A stretch of 53,815 nt of DNA, taken from Oscillospiraceae bacterium (GTDB lineage: Bacteria; Bacillota; Clostridia; Oscillospirales; UBA929). The notes beneath the pieces are model-generated. The model did not search any database and had not been told where the DNA came from. It worked only from the letters and a program-made list of their open reading frames with translations. Where the stretch lies: NCBI GenBank assembly GCA_031254575.1, contig JAIRUE010000024.1, forward strand, positions 1-53,815, in the 5' to 3' direction. Positions 10,638 through 19,384 of this stretch are shown here, in pieces; the stretch's first letter is position 1, and each line of letters begins with the position of its first letter. The translations under genes and the position numbers were made by a program.

Positions 10638-11930
10638 TTACCGTCCCCAGGGGAACGAGGGTCTTTGCTGCTGCTGCGGCTGTGACAAATCATCCGTTTT
10701 TTCGGTGTCAAGCACTACGGACAGGCTGATCTCCGTACCGTTGCGCCAGACTGTGACCGGCACCGTTTGCCCCACGCGGCACATGTTCAGCGCGATCAGC
10801 AGCTCCGCGCCCTCCTTGACAGGCTCGCCGTTAAAGACGGTGATGACGTCGCCCGGCTTCAGTCCCGCCTTGGCGGCGGCGCTGCCGGCGGTGACTTTGG
10901 CTATATAGATGCCCTTTGGATAGTCTTTGCCGTCTTGCAGCGACGAAATTTCCTGATATTCAATCCCCAGCAGCGGACGGCCCTTGATCGCGCCGTTTTG
11001 GATCAGCTCGTTCGCGATGCTCACCGCGATATTGACGGGGATGGCGAACCCAATGCCCTCTACGCCGTCCGCCACGGTCTTGGCGCTCACGACGCCGATC
11101 ACCTCGCCGAAGACGTTGAATAGAGGACCGCCGGAGTTGCCGGGGGAGACGGAGGCGTCGGTCTGCAGCATGACGCGGGGGATATTGTCAATTGACACGA
11201 TCCGCTTTTTCGCGCTGATATACCCCGCCGTAAGGGAATTCGCCAGCTCGCCCAGCGGGTTGCCGATGGCGACGACCATATCGCCGACCACCATCCTGTC
11301 GGAGTCGCCGAGCCGGACGGGAGAGAGGCCGGCCGCGTCGATTTTGAGCACCGCGATGTCGGTTATGGGGTCGCTGCCGACGATCTCGGCGGGGTATTCG
11401 GCCCCGTCATAGAGCATGACGGTGACGTCGGACGCGTCCTCGACGACGTGATGATTTGTGAGGATGTACCCGTCGGCGGTGAGGATGAACCCCGAGCCGG
11501 CCGCGGCCTGTGACACAGGCTGCCCGAAGATATTTGTGCCGTTGGACATGGTGGAAACAGCCACAGTGGATTTATCCCCGCGGGCAAAAATCTCCTGGAT
11601 GCTCAGCGCGCCGTCCAGTGAAACGGCGGCCTGCGACACGAGCGGAGGATCCGTCCTTTGCGGGGGCTCGGCGGAGGCGTCCGGGGAGACGGAGAGGAGC
11701 GGCGGTTCCGGTTCCCCGGCGGGCTGCTCCTGTTGGCCGCCGCTTTGGCTGATGTAATAGCCGACCAGCCCGCCCGTCCCGCCGATGACCAGCGTGAACG
11801 CCAAAAAGAGCGAAACGAGCGTGAGCGCCGGGTGCTTTTTCCTCGCCCCGGGCGTTTCCGGCGAGGCCGGGGCGGTGTCCGCGGGGCGTTCCACCTGATA
11901 CGGGAAACGGTCAAAACCGCCGTTATTCAT
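10638..11930 (-). CDS. htrA: HtrA/DegP serine protease with TM anchor and PDZ domain
   Basis: GSGFIL, TNHHV, DIAVLKI, PGNSGGPL catalytic triad; GSAAAKAGLKPGDVI PDZ. Confidence 0.93.
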   Translation of the reverse strand: MNNGGFDRFPYQVERPADTAPASPETPGARKKHPALTLVSLFLAFTLVIGGTGGLVGYYISQSGGQQEQPAGEPEPPLLSVSPDASAEPPQRTDPPLVSQAAVSLDGALSIQEIFARGDKSTVAVSTMSNGTNIFGQPVSQAAAGSGFILTADGYILTNHHVVEDASDVTVMLYDGAEYPAEIVGSDPITDIAVLKIDAAGLSPVRLGDSDRMVVGDMVVAIGNPLGELANSLTAGYISAKKRIVSIDNIPRVMLQTDASVSPGNSGGPLFNVFGEVIGVVSAKTVADGVEGIGFAIPVNIAVSIANELIQNGAIKGRPLLGIEYQEISSLQDGKDYPKGIYIAKVTAGSAAAKAGLKPGDVITVFNGEPVKEGAELLIALNMCRVGQTVPVTVWRNGTEISLSVVLDTEKTDDLSQPQQQQRPSFPWGR

Positions 11931-12029
11931 ACTGAACACACCCTTTCTGTCTGTTTTATAATGCCATTATATCGGATAATTATGTCGGGGCTATGTCACA
12001 AAAATGAAAGGTTTGTAAACAGTCCGTTC

Positions 12030-14606
12030 TCAGCCGTCTTCCGCCGCAGACCGGCCGTTCGGCAAATACTTGCGGAGTACGGTAATAACCTCGCTTATAT
12101 CCAGCGGTTTTCCCACGTGTCCGTTCATGCCCGCCTCCAGGCATTTTTCGATGTCTTCACGGAAAACATTCGCGGTCATCGCTATGATCGGGACCGTCGC
12201 GGCGCGGGGAACATCCAGCGCCCGGATGCGCCGCGTCGCGTCATAGCCGTCCATGACCGGCATCTGCAGATCCATGAAAATTATATCGTATTTCTCCGGC
12301 GACTCGCCGAACATGCGGACGGCCTCCGCCCCGTCCACGGCGCAGTCCGTCTCCACGAGAGTCGGTTCCAGCAGCGCCATCACGATCTCCCGGTTGATCT
12401 CAATATCTTCCGCCAGGAGAATGCGGCGTCCCGCAAACAGTCCGATTGTCTCCGGAACGATTCTGTCGGGCTGCTGCCAATCCGCTCCGACAGCCTCGTT
12501 TATGGTGTCCATGATGGTCGAGGGGAATAAGGGCTTTGAAAGAAATTTATCAATACCGGCCTCTTTCGCCTTATCCTCGATCGTCCTCCATTCGGCGGCG
12601 GAAATCATGATAATCACGGAATTGCCGGACTCGGACGATTTTTCCCTCAGTGCCTTTGCCACCGCCAAACCATCCATATCCGGCATAAGCCAATCCACAA
12701 AATAGATATTGCAGGGGCCGTTCTGACTGATAAAGTCCAGCGCCTCCTTCCCGCTTGCGGCGGTATGGCAGGACAGGCTCAACTCCTGTGTGATCTCTTT
12801 GAAATAAGCCAGAATGTCCGGGTCGTCGTCCACCACCATGATACGGACATGCTCCAAATCAATCCCTTGGACGGCCAGACCTTTCCCGCCCTCCTCACCG
12901 CGTTTCAGGCGGACCGTAAAGGTGAAAGTCGCGCCTTCGCCGGGCGCCGACTCGACGCCTATGCTGCCGTCCATCATCTCGACGATCTGTTTGGAGATCG
13001 CCAGGCCCAAACCGGTGCCTCCGAATTTGCGCGTCGTGCTGGCTTCGGCTTGCTGGAAGGCGTCAAATATTCTGGCCTGCTGTTCGGCGTTTACGCCGAT
13101 CCCCGTGTCTTTTACGGAAACCTGTATGGAACATATGCCGTCTTCCTCCCCGAGGAAGCTCGCGGCAATGCTGACAGACCCCTGTTCGGGCGTAAATTTT
13201 ACGGCGTTTCCCAGCAGATTGGCAATGACCTGTCCTAGCCGCTGTCCGTCCCCTATCAAAATCTTGGGTATATTCCGGTCGATGCGGACCTTGAGCGTCT
13301 GCCGTTTTTGCTCCGCGCTGAACGCGGCGACATTGACGATCCGCCGCAGTACCCGTTCAAAGTCAAACGCTTCCGCCAACAATTCCAGTTTGTTGGCCTC
13401 TATTTTGGACATATCCAGAACATCGTTTATAACGCCGAGCAGATGCTGCCCCGCCTCCTCGATCTTGGTAAAGCAATAATCCTTCCGTTCAAGCTCACGG
13501 GCGGTTTTACCCAAAGTCGTCATGCCGATAATGGCGGTCATCGGCGTGCGTATCTCGTGGCTCATATTGGATAAAAAGTCACTTTTATGCCTGCTCTCCG
13601 CATTCGCCTTTTCTTTGGCCGCGTTGAGCCGGAACAGCATTCCGGCTATCACTCCCACGAACAGCAGGATAAGCAGGGCAATGATCAGTCCCATGTGTTT
13701 TAAGCTCTGATAGTAAGGGCCTTTGGGCAGAACGAGTCCAATGTACCAATTATTAGAAACACTTTGAAAAAAGCCAACCGAAGGCTCCCCCCGGTAGTTT
13801 ACCATATCGCCCTCGCCCACATTTTCTCCGGCCACCATCTTGTCGGCAAAAATCGAAAAAGGCAAATCGGTCGTAAGGATGGGCTGCCCCACATACTCCT
13901 CTTTATCGGTATGCAGGAGTACGACCAGCTCCTGACTAAACAGCATCCCTATGCCGCCGCTGTTACTGTCGCCGCCGACGTTGCCTCCGGTATCGGCCAT
14001 TTCGGAAATATAGGCCCTTATTCCCTCTATTCCCATGCTCACGCACGCGACGCCCAGCCGGTTTCCCGCGCCGTCGTAAAGACAGCGCGAATAGGAATAA
14101 ATAAATTCGCCGTTAAACGCATCGTGATAGGGTGCGATTTCCGCGGTGACCCCGCGGGCCTCAACGGCGGCCCGGTACCACGGGCGTTCCGTGGGGTCAT
14201 AAGAATCCGGCACATCCGAATCGATCCCGGACAGAAAAACGGGTCCGTCCGTTTCATAGTAAAAATAAAACCCTCTGAATCCCGGGATACGGCTTTCACT
14301 CGCCAGTATGTAGTCGGTAATGCTTTTGATATGTTTTTCTATCTGGGAAACGCCGGCGTTTTCCGCTGCCATCTCCTGCAGCGTTTCCGCAAAAATGTCA
14401 AGCAGCATTTGGGAACCGGTGAGGTCGGATTCAATTTTCTCCTTCGTTATCACAACCGCGTCCTCAGCCATTCGCGCCAGGTGCCCGCGTATGATCCCGC
14501 TCGTAAATATAATGGAAAAAAACCCGATTGTCATAAACGCCCCCGCCATGAGCAGGATCTGCCTGAGCGGCGCGCGGTTTATCTTTATTCCAATGCTGTT
14601 TTTCAT
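12030..14606 (-). CDS. hybrid sensor histidine kinase (Cache sensor, HisKA, HATPase, two receiver domains)
   Basis: YDPTERPWY (Cache), FLSNMSHEIRTP, NLLGNAVKFT, GGTGLGLAI, two REC domains (VDWLMP, FMDLQMP). Confidence 0.92.
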   Translation of the reverse strand: MKNSIGIKINRAPLRQILLMAGAFMTIGFFSIIFTSGIIRGHLARMAEDAVVITKEKIESDLTGSQMLLDIFAETLQEMAAENAGVSQIEKHIKSITDYILASESRIPGFRGFYFYYETDGPVFLSGIDSDVPDSYDPTERPWYRAAVEARGVTAEIAPYHDAFNGEFIYSYSRCLYDGAGNRLGVACVSMGIEGIRAYISEMADTGGNVGGDSNSGGIGMLFSQELVVLLHTDKEEYVGQPILTTDLPFSIFADKMVAGENVGEGDMVNYRGEPSVGFFQSVSNNWYIGLVLPKGPYYQSLKHMGLIIALLILLFVGVIAGMLFRLNAAKEKANAESRHKSDFLSNMSHEIRTPMTAIIGMTTLGKTARELERKDYCFTKIEEAGQHLLGVINDVLDMSKIEANKLELLAEAFDFERVLRRIVNVAAFSAEQKRQTLKVRIDRNIPKILIGDGQRLGQVIANLLGNAVKFTPEQGSVSIAASFLGEEDGICSIQVSVKDTGIGVNAEQQARIFDAFQQAEASTTRKFGGTGLGLAISKQIVEMMDGSIGVESAPGEGATFTFTVRLKRGEEGGKGLAVQGIDLEHVRIMVVDDDPDILAYFKEITQELSLSCHTAASGKEALDFISQNGPCNIYFVDWLMPDMDGLAVAKALREKSSESGNSVIIMISAAEWRTIEDKAKEAGIDKFLSKPLFPSTIMDTINEAVGADWQQPDRIVPETIGLFAGRRILLAEDIEINREIVMALLEPTLVETDCAVDGAEAVRMFGESPEKYDIIFMDLQMPVMDGYDATRRIRALDVPRAATVPIIAMTANVFREDIEKCLEAGMNGHVGKPLDISEVITVLRKYLPNGRSAAEDG

Positions 14607-14809
14607 TGCGCCACTTTCCCTTCCAACAAGCGGATAAGCGGAGACATATATGTTTCTGAGAGGGCTCCCCATGTTCCCGCAACGATACCCACTATAATAC
14701 AGGCATTCGCAGATTGTCAAGAATGATTTAGCGTCTCCCGGACAGCAGTTCGCATACGCCGCGTGACGCCCCCTCCGGGGCAATCCCGCGGAGGGGGTGT
14801 GAAGAGGCG

Positions 14810-14965
14810 CTATTCCTCAGTGAACGCGTCTTTGCCCGCGCCGCAGACGGGGCAGGTAAAATCGCCGGGGACATCCGCCCACACCGTTCCGGGCGCGATC
14901 CCGCTTTCGGGTTCCCCGGCGGCTTCGTCATAGACGTAGCCGCAGACGCATACGTACTTTTTCAC
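14810..14965 (-). CDS. rubredoxin
   Basis: GTG start at 14965 with AGGAG RBS; [11 protein letters not shown]...GIAPGT.W...FTCPVCG. Confidence 0.9.
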   Translation of the reverse strand: MKKYVCVCGYVYDEAAGEPESGIAPGTVWADVPGDFTCPVCGAGKDAFTEE

Positions 14966-14990
14966 GGTTTCGTTCTCCTTTCTCCCTTTA

Positions 14991-16838
14991 TTACAGGGGC
15001 TCGAAATCCTGAGCGCCGTGTTTGCAGAGGGGGCAGATAAAATCCTCCGGCAGTTCGTCCCCCTCGTGCACATATCCGCATATCTTGCAGATAAATCCTT
15101 TTTTTATGTCCTTCGGCGGCTGCGGTTTGGGCTTGACGTGATCGAAATAATACTGATAGGTGACGCTCCGTTCATCCGACAGCGCAAACGCCTCCGTGAC
15201 ATCGGCGACAAACACGGTATGCGTGCCGTAATCATAGGCTTCCGCCACTTTGCCCGAAATAACCCCGTTGCAATGTTCGGAGATATAGAGGATATTGTTT
15301 GCCGCGCGGCTGCCGGCCCCGCCGTCCGCGAATTTGTCGGCGTCGCGCCCGCTGTGGAAGCCAAACCGCTCAAAAACGCGGAACGGCGCGCTTTCAGTCA
15401 GGACGGAGAGGTTGAATTCCCCGGTTTTAAGGATCATGTCGTGGGTGAGGTTTGCTTTGCTGACGGCAACGGATAACCGCAGCGGCGACGCGGTGATCTG
15501 GGTGGCGGTGTTGATGACGCAGCCGTTGTCCTTCCCTCCGTCCCGGGCGGTCAGGACAAACAGGCCGTAGGAGAGCTTCAACAGCACCGAGGGGTCGGCC
15601 GGGGGCGCGCCCTTACCGGTTTCCGCCGCCGGCGCGGGGCGCGGGAAACCGGCCGCGATCGCCTCCGCCATCGCCTCAAGCTCCGGAAGCTGAGACGCCT
15701 TCAGCCCGGATTGGATACTGACGGTTTGGCTGAGGATATTCATATCCTTACACTTTGCCAGCTTTTCGCGGATCAGCCCGCCGCTGGTTGGGGCCCAGGA
15801 GCCGTTTTCCATGACGGCGACGGTACGGTTTTGGATGTTATGCGCCGCCAGGTCGGAGAGCAGTTCCTCCATCGAGACGAAAATCCCGGCGTTATAGGTG
15901 GTGGAGGCGAAGACAAGGTGGCTCCACCGGAACGCCTCCGCGATGATCTCGGACGGCGCGGTCACCGACACGTCATACATGACCGTCTTGATCCCCTTGC
16001 CCCGCAGCCGGCAGGCGAGGATGTCCGCCGCGTTTTCGGTATTGCCGTATACCGACGCGTAGGCGATCATGACGCCCTTTTCTTCCGGTTTATATTCGCT
16101 CCAAAGCGTGTATTTTGACAGAATATCGGTCAAATTCCCGCGCCAGACAAACCCGTGGAGCGGGCATATCATCGCTATATCCAGCCCCGACGCCTTATCC
16201 AGCAGCGCCCGCACCTGCGTGCCGTATTTGCCCACGATATTGGCGTAATACCGCCGCGCCTCGTCCATATAGTCCCGCGCAAAATCCACCTCGTCGGCAA
16301 ACAGCGCGCCGTTCAGCGCCCCGAAACTGCCGAACGCGTCGGCGGAAAAGAGGATCTTATCGGCGGAGTCATAGGTGACCATGACCTCCGGCCAGTGCAC
16401 CATCGGCGCCATGACAAAATGGAGGGTATGCCTCCCGGTCGAAAGCGTATCGCCCTCCCCCACGATCAACGCGTCCGGCTCCAAATCAAAAAACTGGCGG
16501 ACGAACGCCAGCGTTTTGGCGTTGCAGACGATTTTCACGCCCGGATACCGGAGCGTCAGTTCCTCCAGCGCGGCGGAATGGTCGGGTTCCATATGCTGCA
16601 CGACCAGATAGTCGAGCGGCCTGCCGCCCAGCGCCTCGGAGAGGTTTTCCATAAACCGGCGCCGCACCGCCTTGTCCACGGTGTCGAACAGCACGGTTTT
16701 TTCGTCCGTCAGGAGATACGCGTTATACGAAACGCCGCGCGGGACCGAATAGACCCCCTCAAACATGGCAAGGCGCCGGTCATCCGCCCCCACCCATATG
16801 AGGTCGTCAAGCACTTTTTTGACGCAATGCACAGGCAT
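14991..16838 (-). CDS. fprA: flavodiiron protein with fused flavin-reductase and rubredoxin-like domains
   Basis: HMEPDHS, HWPE, SADAFG, PLHG diiron ligands; YASVYGNTE flavodoxin; SYGLFVLT...GTHTVF flavin reductase; C-terminal CKICGY...CPLCKH. Confidence 0.92.
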   Translation of the reverse strand: MPVHCVKKVLDDLIWVGADDRRLAMFEGVYSVPRGVSYNAYLLTDEKTVLFDTVDKAVRRRFMENLSEALGGRPLDYLVVQHMEPDHSAALEELTLRYPGVKIVCNAKTLAFVRQFFDLEPDALIVGEGDTLSTGRHTLHFVMAPMVHWPEVMVTYDSADKILFSADAFGSFGALNGALFADEVDFARDYMDEARRYYANIVGKYGTQVRALLDKASGLDIAMICPLHGFVWRGNLTDILSKYTLWSEYKPEEKGVMIAYASVYGNTENAADILACRLRGKGIKTVMYDVSVTAPSEIIAEAFRWSHLVFASTTYNAGIFVSMEELLSDLAAHNIQNRTVAVMENGSWAPTSGGLIREKLAKCKDMNILSQTVSIQSGLKASQLPELEAMAEAIAAGFPRPAPAAETGKGAPPADPSVLLKLSYGLFVLTARDGGKDNGCVINTATQITASPLRLSVAVSKANLTHDMILKTGEFNLSVLTESAPFRVFERFGFHSGRDADKFADGGAGSRAANNILYISEHCNGVISGKVAEAYDYGTHTVFVADVTEAFALSDERSVTYQYYFDHVKPKPQPPKDIKKGFICKICGYVHEGDELPEDFICPLCKHGAQDFEPL

Positions 16839-16867
16839 TCCCCCTTCCTGATATGTATCCGCTCACG

Positions 16868-16897
16868 GAGGACCGCCCGTTTCCCGGGCGGTCCTCC
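16868..16897 (-). terminator. hairpin after the response regulator, at the end of the pilus operon
   Basis: GAGGACCGCCCG-tttcc-CGGGCGGTCCTC. Confidence 0.5.
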
Positions 16898-16911
16898 CCA
16901 CGGCGGCGTCC

Positions 16912-17589
16912 TCAGCCAAGCATCTTCTCCAGCATGATCCTGAACTCCCGCTCGCGCTCTCTGACGATGGCCTCCGGCTTGGGGACAAAGCGCAGCGCGT
17001 CCCCTTCGTTGATGATCTTCTCGGCTTCCCCGAGCAAATACTCCCGCATCTTTACCGCCTGTTCCCCCGTGACGCCCTCGCGGCCCGCCTCCTCCGCAAA
17101 GATCCGGTGCATGGCCTCCTCCAGAGCGATGACGTCCTCCGTGCGCTCGCCTATGATGGTATGCAGGTCTCCGCTGAGTTCCTCGATCTCCCGTTTTTGC
17201 GCCTCGATCAGCAGGTGGTGCTCAATGCGCTTGAGCAGCAGCGGCGGGGAAAACGGCTTGTGGATATAGTCCACCGCGCCGAGCGTCAGCCCCTCGAGCT
17301 CGCTCGCGGGGTCTTTGCGGGAGGTGAGGAAGATCACCGGGAAATGCTTCGTCTCCGCCCTGCCCTTGATGTCCCTCATCACGTCATACCCGCTCATGTC
17401 GGGCATCTCAATGTCCAGGAGGATGATGTCGGGAGAGACGATCTCCAGGATCTTCATCAGTTCCGTGCAGGAGGCGATGGTGATCACATCGTAGCGCTCG
17501 CTGCAGGTATTCTTCACCATAGCGAGGTTGGTCGCGCTGTCATCCACGATGATGACAACTTCTTTCCCTTGTTCTTCCATATTTTTCAT
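16912..17589 (-). CDS. response regulator (REC domain plus degenerate RpfG-like coiled-coil, no intact HD-GYP domain)
   Basis: IVDDS, LLDIEMP, FLTS, DYIHKP; C-terminus resembles the RpfG linker but ends early. Confidence 0.85.
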   Translation of the reverse strand: MKNMEEQGKEVVIIVDDSATNLAMVKNTCSERYDVITIASCTELMKILEIVSPDIILLDIEMPDMSGYDVMRDIKGRAETKHFPVIFLTSRKDPASELEGLTLGAVDYIHKPFSPPLLLKRIEHHLLIEAQKREIEELSGDLHTIIGERTEDVIALEEAMHRIFAEEAGREGVTGEQAVKMREYLLGEAEKIINEGDALRFVPKPEAIVREREREFRIMLEKMLG

Positions 17590-17595
17590 CCTCTC

Positions 17596-18093
17596 CTAAC
17601 TCATTGCCAGCGGCCTGGCCGCGTAGCTCCGGCTCGCCATTACGGTCCCGTTACTATAAAGCGTCAGCGTGACGGTGACAAGGCCGCCGGCCTCACCATG
17701 CGCTATCGCAACTCTCTTGCCCTTATAAAAAGCCGGTTCAAGCACCTTTCCCTCCACGACCCCGTCGTCTCTGTAAAGATAGCCGACAGCCGCCGGATGA
17801 TCGCTTTCATCCACAATCGAGTAGACAGCCGCCGGCGAGCCGCCGAAGGTTATTTTGAAAGGGGCGGCCTCCACCTCCGTCGCGTCCTCAACGTCGCCCA
17901 TAATGACAGCCGACAGGTTATCCAGCAGGGTGTTGATTTCGGAGAGGTCGTTCGCGCGCGCGTATATCATATAAACGGGCATGAATACCGAGCTGACGGC
18001 CACCGTGATGATGGACAGCACCAGCATCGCCATCAGCATTTCCATCAGCGTCAGGCCTTTTCTCCTCAAAAGCCGCATGGGCCGCCTGCGCAT
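17596..18093 (-). CDS. minor pilin (class III signal)
   Basis: RRKG|LTLMEMLMAMLVL with Glu5; AAGGAGG RBS. Confidence 0.88.
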   Translation of the reverse strand: MRRRPMRLLRRKGLTLMEMLMAMLVLSIITVAVSSVFMPVYMIYARANDLSEINTLLDNLSAVIMGDVEDATEVEAAPFKITFGGSPAAVYSIVDESDHPAAVGYLYRDDGVVEGKVLEPAFYKGKRVAIAHGEAGGLVTVTLTLYSNGTVMASRSYAARPLAMS

Positions 18094-18159
18094 GGGCCGG
18101 ACCTCCTTTCGCGCGGTTGACTGCGGACCGCGCGTTTCTCCGCGGGGGGCATACCGCCG

Positions 18160-18501
18160 CTACGGGCCAAACACTCTGAAATTATAGTCAGTCGTCGGCG
18201 CTCTCACCGGCACCGGAAAATCCTCAACGGTAATAACACTGCCGCCGGTACTTTCAAACGTGAAGTCCACATCGGAAGTTGACGCCGCAGTGCCGTCCAG
18301 CGCTTCCAGGCGCATTTCCTCCTGCATCGCCAGCCCATCCCCGTTCGCCTCGCCGGTCACCCTCGCCGCAACCAGCAGCGTCATGGTGACGGTGGCCATC
18401 AGAACGGTAAAGATGAAGATGCTGACAATCCCCTCCGTCAGGGTCTCTCCGCGCCGCGCCGTGAAAAGCGCGCGGGCGCGCTTACGTATCGAGCCGCTCA
18501 T
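18160..18501 (-). CDS. minor pilin (class III signal)
   Basis: RRG|ETLTEGIVSIFIF hydrophobic helix with Glu5. Confidence 0.8.
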   Translation of the reverse strand: MSGSIRKRARALFTARRGETLTEGIVSIFIFTVLMATVTMTLLVAARVTGEANGDGLAMQEEMRLEALDGTAASTSDVDFTFESTGGSVITVEDFPVPVRAPTTDYNFRVFGP

Positions 18502-19384
18502 GGCCGGTCACCTCCCAACTGCCCGGATCGGTCAAAAACATGTCCGACCGCGGCCACAGATCAATATTTTCGCAGTTTGGTTTATCTGCTTCACCGTACT
18601 CAGTGCGGGGAATATCCCTGCCCGGATACTGTTGCTGCTCGTCGATACGCCCGCCGTCAAATTTGTACAGCGTCTTCGTTTTGACCGTCAGCGGGTCCGT
18701 CAGGACCGCGCCGGCGTAACCGCCGGAATAGGCGGTCGTCACCGTCACCTCGGCGGTTCCGGTTATCTCCGCGCTCTGCGGGACCCGGTTCTGCGTGAGC
18801 CTCCATCTGTAAAACTCCACGTACACATACGGAGGGGGAGGGGTCCATATCGTCCAATAATTGTATTCCGCTTCCCAATCCGCGCACTTATGCGGCGTGC
18901 ACCGGACGCTCAGCGCAAACCGGATTTCGGCTTCAAACTCGACCCCCTCCGTATCTAATCCCAGCGACAGCAGCATCCCGTCTATATCGCCGCTGTCAAG
19001 TTTGAACGTCTCCCCGTAAGAATGGGTAAATGTCTCCGTTTCCCCGGCAGGGTTGGTACCAGGATGATAACACGACGCTTTCGCCTCGTCATACGCCGCC
19101 TTCAATACCTGCCCGCTCAGGGTCGTCACGGTGGGGAGCCCGCCGCTCAGCACACCGTCAATACGCGCGCCGGCATCAGGGAGCGTATCCTCCAGCACCG
19201 CTTTGAGCGTCCGCTCCATACTGCCGGCGTAGAGGTCAAGCTGGTTTTCGTCGCGCTTGATGTGCCGCGCGCCGAACGCGCCGAACGCGGCGGCCAGCGC
19301 CGAAACCCCGAGCGCCATCAGCAGCAGCATTGCCGCGAGGACAAACATCATCGACGCGCCGCTTTTTCTCCGCAGCCGCTTCAT
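18482..19384 (-). CDS. PilX/GspK-like minor pilin (no Glu5)
   Basis: KRLRRKSG|ASMMFVLAAMLLLMALGVSAL; translationally coupled to neighbours. Confidence 0.75.
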   Translation of the reverse strand: MKRLRRKSGASMMFVLAAMLLLMALGVSALAAAFGAFGARHIKRDENQLDLYAGSMERTLKAVLEDTLPDAGARIDGVLSGGLPTVTTLSGQVLKAAYDEAKASCYHPGTNPAGETETFTHSYGETFKLDSGDIDGMLLSLGLDTEGVEFEAEIRFALSVRCTPHKCADWEAEYNYWTIWTPPPPYVYVEFYRWRLTQNRVPQSAEITGTAEVTVTTAYSGGYAGAVLTDPLTVKTKTLYKFDGGRIDEQQQYPGRDIPRTEYGEADKPNCENIDLWPRSDMFLTDPGSWEVTGHERLDT

